Shown here in pieces: positions 58,984 to 64,000 of a stretch of 64,000 nt of DNA. This stretch comes from Methylobacter sp. (lineage in GTDB: Bacteria > Pseudomonadota > Gammaproteobacteria > Methylococcales > Methylomonadaceae), in assembly GCA_023229605.1 (NCBI GenBank), contig JALNYY010000005.1, forward strand, positions 485 through 64,484, written 5' to 3'. Within the stretch, counting starts at the first letter, position 1. Each line of letters begins with the position of its first letter. Position numbers and translations under genes: made by a program. A model generated the notes under the pieces. That model was not told the DNA's origin and did not search any database. It worked only from the letters and a program-made list of their open reading frames with translations.

Positions 58984-59505
58984 ATGGCTAAATGCCCAAT
59001 ATGTGATTCAAGAAAAGGGAAAAGACAGTGCGTAATCGCTAATGGATTAGTGTGCAGTTTGTGCTGCGGAACTATCCGCAAAGAAGACTTATGTTTAGAT
59101 TGCTCGTATTATCAAAAGCCAAAACGGAAATATAACGAAGTACCGTCTTTTACAACCAATCAAATTCATGACAGTGTTGAATTAACCGGTTACAGCAACG
59201 CCATTGAAGGCGCTTTTTGTGCTTATGATATTGAAAATAACAGAATCCTAAATGATGCCGACGCTATCAAAATCCTTGAGCTGCTGATTGATAAATATCA
59301 TTTTAAAGACACTGATATAAACTGCGATAGCCCATTTCTATCGGCGGGATTCAATTTTGTCGATGCCGTGATAGGCAAAGATTTAACCGGTATTGACGAA
59401 TTGGCGTTAGTGAAAGTTTTGAGTATTCTTCATGCTGTTGTAAAAAGACTAACCAAGACGGCCGGCAAAGAATACATGAATATTATTCATAGCTATGCAG
59501 GTTAA
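58984..59505 (+). CDS. Hypothetical protein with an N-terminal Cys-rich (putative Zn-binding) domain
   Basis: CPIC...KGKRQC...VCSLCCG..R...C.DC.YY; AT-rich relative to neighbours. Confidence 0.75.
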   Translation: MAKCPICDSRKGKRQCVIANGLVCSLCCGTIRKEDLCLDCSYYQKPKRKYNEVPSFTTNQIHDSVELTGYSNAIEGAFCAYDIENNRILNDADAIKILELLIDKYHFKDTDINCDSPFLSAGFNFVDAVIGKDLTGIDELALVKVLSILHAVVKRLTKTAGKEYMNIIHSYAG

Positions 59506-59639
59506 AAAATTGGTTCGGATATGCCAACTTAGGATTTATAAAATCTCTTCCGGCTTTCTCCCTTAGGGAACAAATGCCGCATTCTGCCGATGTTGAGCAG
59601 TAAACTAACCCCAAAATTCTCCGCAGAGGAGTATTATTT

Positions 59640-60737
59640 ATGACCAATACCCCGTTTCCTATTCAAGATTACGCCTTGCTCAGCGATGAGGAATGCGATG
59701 CCCGGATTATCGCCGCCAAAGCCAAGTTGGGCCGCCGTTGCGTGGTGCTTGGGCATCATTATCAGCGCGATGAAGTGTTCAAGCATGCCGATTTCACCGG
59801 CGACTCGTTAAAGCTGTCACGGGATGCGGCGCACTCCGACGCCGAATACATCGTGTTTTGCGGCGTGCATTTTATGGCTGAAGTCGCCGATATACTGTCC
59901 CGGCCTGAGCAGATTGCTATCCTGCCCGATATGGCCGCAGGCTGTTCGATGGCCGATATGGCCAACCTGATCAAAGTGCAAAAATGCTGGGATGAATTGG
60001 CGCAGGTTATCGATGTGGAAACGGAAGTTACCCCGGTCACCTACATCAATTCCGCAGCAGACCTTAAATCCTTTTGCGGCAAGCATGACGGTATCGTCTG
60101 CACCTCGTCCAACGCCCAGAAAATATTGGAATGGAGTTTCGCTAAGAAGCAGAAAGTGCTGTTTTTCCCCGACCAGCATCTGGGGCGCAATACCGGTTAC
60201 CGGATGGGCATCCCGTTGGAAGAAATGGTCACCTGGGATTTTACCAAGCCGATGGGCGGATTGACCGAGCAGCAAATCCGTAACGCCAAAATCATCCTCT
60301 GGAACGGCTATTGCTCCGTGCATCAGGTGTTCAAGCCGGAGCATATCGACGAATTCCTGAAGCGTTACCCTGAAACCAAGGTCATTTCGCACCCGGAAGC
60401 TTCGTTCGAGGTCTGTCAAAAATCGGAATACATCGGCTCCACCGAGTACATCTTAAAAACCGTGCGAGCATCCGAACCTAACACCCGCTGGCTGGTAGCG
60501 ACGGAATTGAACTTAGTCAATCGCCTGCATGATGAATGCAAAGCGCAGGGCAAAAACGTGCATTTCATGTCGCCTACCTTATGCATGTGCTCGACCATGT
60601 TCAGGACCGACCCGCAACATTTGGCCTGGGTGCTGGAAAATTTGGCGGCAGGGCATGTGGTTAACCGTATTACAGTGCCTGAGGACGTGGCGGCGTACGC
60701 CAAGAAGGCGTTGGACAACATGTTGGGGGTGATGTGA
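59640..60737 (+). CDS. nadA: Quinolinate synthase
   Basis: GHHYQR, GDSLKL, FCGVHFMAE, AGCSMADM, TYINS, C.VH, HPE, MCSTM. Confidence 0.96.
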   Translation: MTNTPFPIQDYALLSDEECDARIIAAKAKLGRRCVVLGHHYQRDEVFKHADFTGDSLKLSRDAAHSDAEYIVFCGVHFMAEVADILSRPEQIAILPDMAAGCSMADMANLIKVQKCWDELAQVIDVETEVTPVTYINSAADLKSFCGKHDGIVCTSSNAQKILEWSFAKKQKVLFFPDQHLGRNTGYRMGIPLEEMVTWDFTKPMGGLTEQQIRNAKIILWNGYCSVHQVFKPEHIDEFLKRYPETKVISHPEASFEVCQKSEYIGSTEYILKTVRASEPNTRWLVATELNLVNRLHDECKAQGKNVHFMSPTLCMCSTMFRTDPQHLAWVLENLAAGHVVNRITVPEDVAAYAKKALDNMLGVM

Positions 60738-61081
60738 TGACAATCGACTTTAATCGTCTCAAGCATTTTTCAATGACCTATGTGTTCATGGACGATGAAG
60801 AGATAGCCTGCGAATATGAGCAAACAGAGCAAAGCCCGGTTGTTGCGGCCGACGGCAACAGCGTCAGTTTTATCTTAAGGAATATCGATCAAAACGAAGA
60901 CCAAGAAAATTATTCAATCGTCCTGGGAAAAGAGGGCGATGATGAGTTTTACATAAAATCCGATTATTTTGACGATGCCGGAGAGCCTTATCCGCTGGAT
61001 GTCGAAGTTTCCGATGACGACGTAAAGTTCGTCTTGGAAGGCGAGGGTGAGGTTATGTATTTATACGGATTTTTTGAATAA
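60737..61081 (+). CDS. Small acidic hypothetical protein coupled to nadA
   Basis: ATG overlaps the nadA TGA; very Asp/Glu-rich. Confidence 0.7.
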   Translation: MTIDFNRLKHFSMTYVFMDDEEIACEYEQTEQSPVVAADGNSVSFILRNIDQNEDQENYSIVLGKEGDDEFYIKSDYFDDAGEPYPLDVEVSDDDVKFVLEGEGEVMYLYGFFE

Positions 61082-61125
61082 AGCCAGTGTGTGGCGCAAA
61101 CAAACGTAGAGCCCGGTAAAGTAAA

Positions 61126-61163
61126 ATGAGTTGGCGCAGGTTATCGATGTGGAAACGGAAGTT
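61126..61163 (+). repeat. 38-nt direct copy of an internal nadA segment
   Basis: 37/38 identity to 59992-60029. Confidence 0.85.
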
Positions 61164-61167
61164 GCTA

Positions 61168-61418
61168 AAGTGGACCCCATTGTCCAGACAAAAAAACTTA
61201 ATTTAAGATAGAGCCCTGTTCACACTCCAGCTGAATGGCGCGGCCCCAATTTTTATACACAGGGATTGATATTTCTGTCGGCCCGTTAAATTTATCTACA
61301 ATCTTTGCACCGCCTCCCGTGGCTGTCTGGTACACCTGAGCCGGTGTTTTGTAGTCTAAAGTTTGATGCGGCCTCCTCATTATAAAACTGGAAGTAGCTC
61401 GTCAATCCTATCAGTAAG
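61168..61418 (-). mobile_element. IS3-family 3' end remnant
   Basis: Integrase-core tail LLIGLTSYFQFYNE..RPHQTLDYKTPAQVY (frameshifted) and end sequence TGTCTGGACAATGGGGTCCA on the minus strand. Confidence 0.75.
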
Positions 61419-61810
61419 GAGAGTGTAAAAATCTCCGTGTAAACCGCCGTTAAAAAATCTCTGGAAATCGATCCTCGTAGAGAATCATAAACTGATTCGG
61501 CGGGCTTCCAGTCACGGATCGGCATCGACCATTTCTTGGCAGCCTGTTCGATAGCTAAATACACCACTTTCATGGCCGATTGATCAGTAGGAAACAGCTT
61601 GCGGCGCTCGGTGGCTTTACGAATTACGCTATTCAACGACTCAATAGCACTGGTGGTATAAATGACTTTTCGTATCTCATCAGGATAGTCAAAGAAGGCG
61701 ATCAGGTTCACCCAATGCTTACCCCAGGATGCACTAATGCTGGGATACTGTTTATCCCATTGCAAGGCAAAGGCTTCCAGTTCCTGTTCGGCTTCGGTCA
61801 CGGTAATTGA
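61419..61810 (-). mobile_element. IS256-family 3' remnant abutting/inserted into the IS3 remnant
   Basis: W..QYP.I..SW...FF.YP.EIRKVIYTT.AIESLNSVIRK...FP...S..K..YLA...W.MP..DW (frameshift near the end); end sequence GAGAGTGTAAA...GTGTAAAC. Confidence 0.85.
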
Positions 61811-62133
61811 GTGGTAAAAGCCAATGAATTACGCCGATCTGAAAGACATTTAGTGTTTTCTATCTAATGTATTGCATAAGTCAGATTTTCATGCCGTTGT
61901 TTACTGGATGTTTTTCAACGCTGATTGACACAATGTCGTCTCGAAGTTCATCATAGCTATTCCCAATAGCTTTCCGCACCGATCCGGCCTTGAATACTGT
62001 CATCTCATTCATAGTCTGTCAGCTAAACCACAGGCGTTCCGGCTTTTACAGTTCCGAAATGGATCAAATAGCCGCGCTTTGGGTCGGACCAGCCTATTTC
62101 CATCTACACCACATTTGCCTGTAAACCGACCGT

Positions 62134-63357
62134 TTGATGAACATTCAATCCGACTTTAAAAGCATACCAGACCTGCCTTCTGAAACAGGCAATTTCGTCG
62201 CCGAACTCGATGCCGCAGTCGAGTCACATCTGAAATGGACGCGCCGTGTGTTGCGCTGCGTTGCGTTGCGCGAGTCGCCTGGCGAGGATGTGCTTGCACC
62301 CTTGGCACACACCCTCTGCCACTTTGGTAGCTGGTTTGTGCAGAATAAAGTACAGTTTGAGAAACTCAACGCGCCGAACACACGGAGGATCGATGCCGTA
62401 CATCAAACCATGCACGACAACATTCGAGCTATCTGCGCAGATGTATTGGCTGGACGGTCAGCGAAAAGCACCGATCTGGAGGCTTTCGAACAAACGCAAT
62501 CCGAACTGTTCAGCTTACTGGCCGGGTTTAAGACGCAGTTCCTTAACATTAATAAAAATATCACTAAACGATTGAATGCAATTATCCATGCTAAAGGAGG
62601 TAGCGGAGCCAGCTTTATAGCAAGCAATGTAGCTTATATTTTATCAAAGGATACCGGGTTAAAAGTGGCGTTAGTTGATCTTGATTTGCAATTCGGCTCA
62701 ATTGGACTCAATTTTAATATAACTCCTAATCATACAATTATGGAAGCGTTAAATGCCATTGAAGATTTAGATTCGATTTCATTAGAGGCTTATATGTCAA
62801 AATATAATGAAAATCTGAGTCTGTTATTGCCGTCACCAGCGGATATTGTACTGCCCGGAGAGGTTAACGTCTCTGATTTAAAGAAGCTGCTGGAATTGCT
62901 GCAAATTAATTACGACCAGATGGTTGTTGATTTGCCAAGAGTAATCGACCCTGTATCAATCATGATTATGGAACAAGCTGATCAGATTACGCTGGTTCTT
63001 CAGCAGAGTGTGGATCAATTTAGGGTTGGATGCAGATTAATCCAGACACTAAATGAAGAGTTGGATATCCCTTTGGATAAAATATCAATTGTGGTTAACC
63101 GATATAACCCTAAAAATAGCTTGCGGATAGAGGATTTGAAAAACATTGTTAAGCATGACAATGTTTATATTATTGCCAATGATTTTGAACGAGCTGAAGG
63201 TTCATCAAATCTGGGTGTTCCTCTATATGAATCATCGGCTAATTCACAAACTGCTCTTGATCTAAAGGAACTTACCAAAAATCTGGGGGGCGTTGAATTT
63301 GAAAGTGGAACAAAAAATGTGTTCGGTCGCTTAAGATCTTTTTTATCATCTGATTAG
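62134..63357 (+). CDS. Fusion of a CZB (chemoreceptor zinc-binding) domain with a CpaE/TadZ-like MinD-family ATPase
   Basis: CZB: H..W (SHLKW), CHFGSW, H..MH (VHQTMH). CpaE-like: AKGGSGAS.IA.N.A, VALVDLDLQFG, VVDLPR, VVNRY. Confidence 0.8.
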   Translation: MMNIQSDFKSIPDLPSETGNFVAELDAAVESHLKWTRRVLRCVALRESPGEDVLAPLAHTLCHFGSWFVQNKVQFEKLNAPNTRRIDAVHQTMHDNIRAICADVLAGRSAKSTDLEAFEQTQSELFSLLAGFKTQFLNINKNITKRLNAIIHAKGGSGASFIASNVAYILSKDTGLKVALVDLDLQFGSIGLNFNITPNHTIMEALNAIEDLDSISLEAYMSKYNENLSLLLPSPADIVLPGEVNVSDLKKLLELLQINYDQMVVDLPRVIDPVSIMIMEQADQITLVLQQSVDQFRVGCRLIQTLNEELDIPLDKISIVVNRYNPKNSLRIEDLKNIVKHDNVYIIANDFERAEGSSNLGVPLYESSANSQTALDLKELTKNLGGVEFESGTKNVFGRLRSFLSSD

Positions 63358-63776
63358 CAAGATAGTTCAGTTGACCGAAGCCGTCATTTGGGCGAGTTTC
63401 GATGGTAATGGCGGCCGCGAGAAGACGCGTCCGGAGCGTATCGATTTGGATGCTGCGATGGAAGCGATAGGCGAATGCGGGTAAATAGCGCGTCTTTGAT
63501 TAGATAGATCGCCAGGAACCAAACGATCAGCGAACTTGGTGCTTTGAAAGAGAGTCCCCGCGATGAGCGAAGTCTGGTGTCGACAAACCTGACACTGAAA
63601 CGTTTTGTGCGATCCAGCTTTAAACACGCTATGACCCGTGAGGGCACAGCAGGGACAAACAAAGCCTGGGGCCATCATGCTTGCTCTAACTCGGCCACAT
63701 TGTGCTTAGGTACCGAACTGTTTGAGAAACTCGGGCATCGATAAGCCTGATTGTAACTAACACGATTCATTGACAT
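63351..63776 (-). mobile_element. Degenerate IS1595-family transposase remnant
   Basis: Frameshifted MSMNRV...LSMPEFLKQFGT, zinc ribbon GFVCPCC...FQCQVCRHQTSLIAGTLFQSTK; most of the catalytic core is deleted. Confidence 0.78.
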
Positions 63777-63893
63777 GCCCCTCTTTAATGAACTAGAGTT
63801 CGACATACGCCGCCCATTAACGTAATACTTTTATAATCCGATTAAGATAAATTGCACTTAAAGTAACGATAAACAATTGACGGGAGTCTATTC

Positions 63894-64000
63894 ATGGGAC
63901 TAAAAACAAGAATTCTAGGTTTTGGCCTGCCCAAAGCTGCAACGGATGTGGATGATAAAGCGACTAAAATAGACCGGCTAAATGAAAAACCGAAAGAAGC
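63894..64000 (+). CDS. Start of an ORF running off the window
   Basis: GGGAG upstream of ATG 63894; open to the window end (MGLKTRILGFGLPK...). Confidence 0.45.
   Translation, partial: MGLKTRILGFGLPKAATDVDDKATKIDRLNEKPKE

Overview
Bacterial chromosomal window. Gene content (MoxY/MxcQ-like two-component pair, cytochrome P460-family protein, gammaproteobacterial core gene order) suggests a Methylococcales/Methylobacter-like methanotroph; this is an inference. Core blocks are uppP, aceE-aceF-lpdA, PIN-PhoH/bcp/gcvR, epmB-efp-epmA, bamA-skp-fabZ-lpxA-rnhB, srkA, grxD-rnt-mlaA-pyrC-aspS and nadA. Accessory patches lie between them: the 3' end of a trans-AT PKS; an islet at tRNA-Asn bounded by an att-like tRNA 3' duplicate and carrying an atypical gpmI; a cytoplasmic GH30 plus GH161 beta-glucan enzyme pair; an AT-rich three-gene module of two paralogous 84-aa proteins and a C-terminally membrane-anchored protein; a four-gene envelope operon (OmpA lipoprotein, 4-TM coiled-coil protein, vWA-like secreted protein, glycine-zipper lipoprotein); an apparently intact IS110 whose upstream non-coding region holds a readable two-loop guide (bridge-type) RNA matching both element junctions; and IS701/IS3/IS256/IS1595 debris around a CZB-CpaE fusion gene. 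The best candidates for an undescribed system are the 13.0-14.3 kb module and the 46.8-50.9 kb operon. All calls come from reading motifs by eye; no database searches were run.
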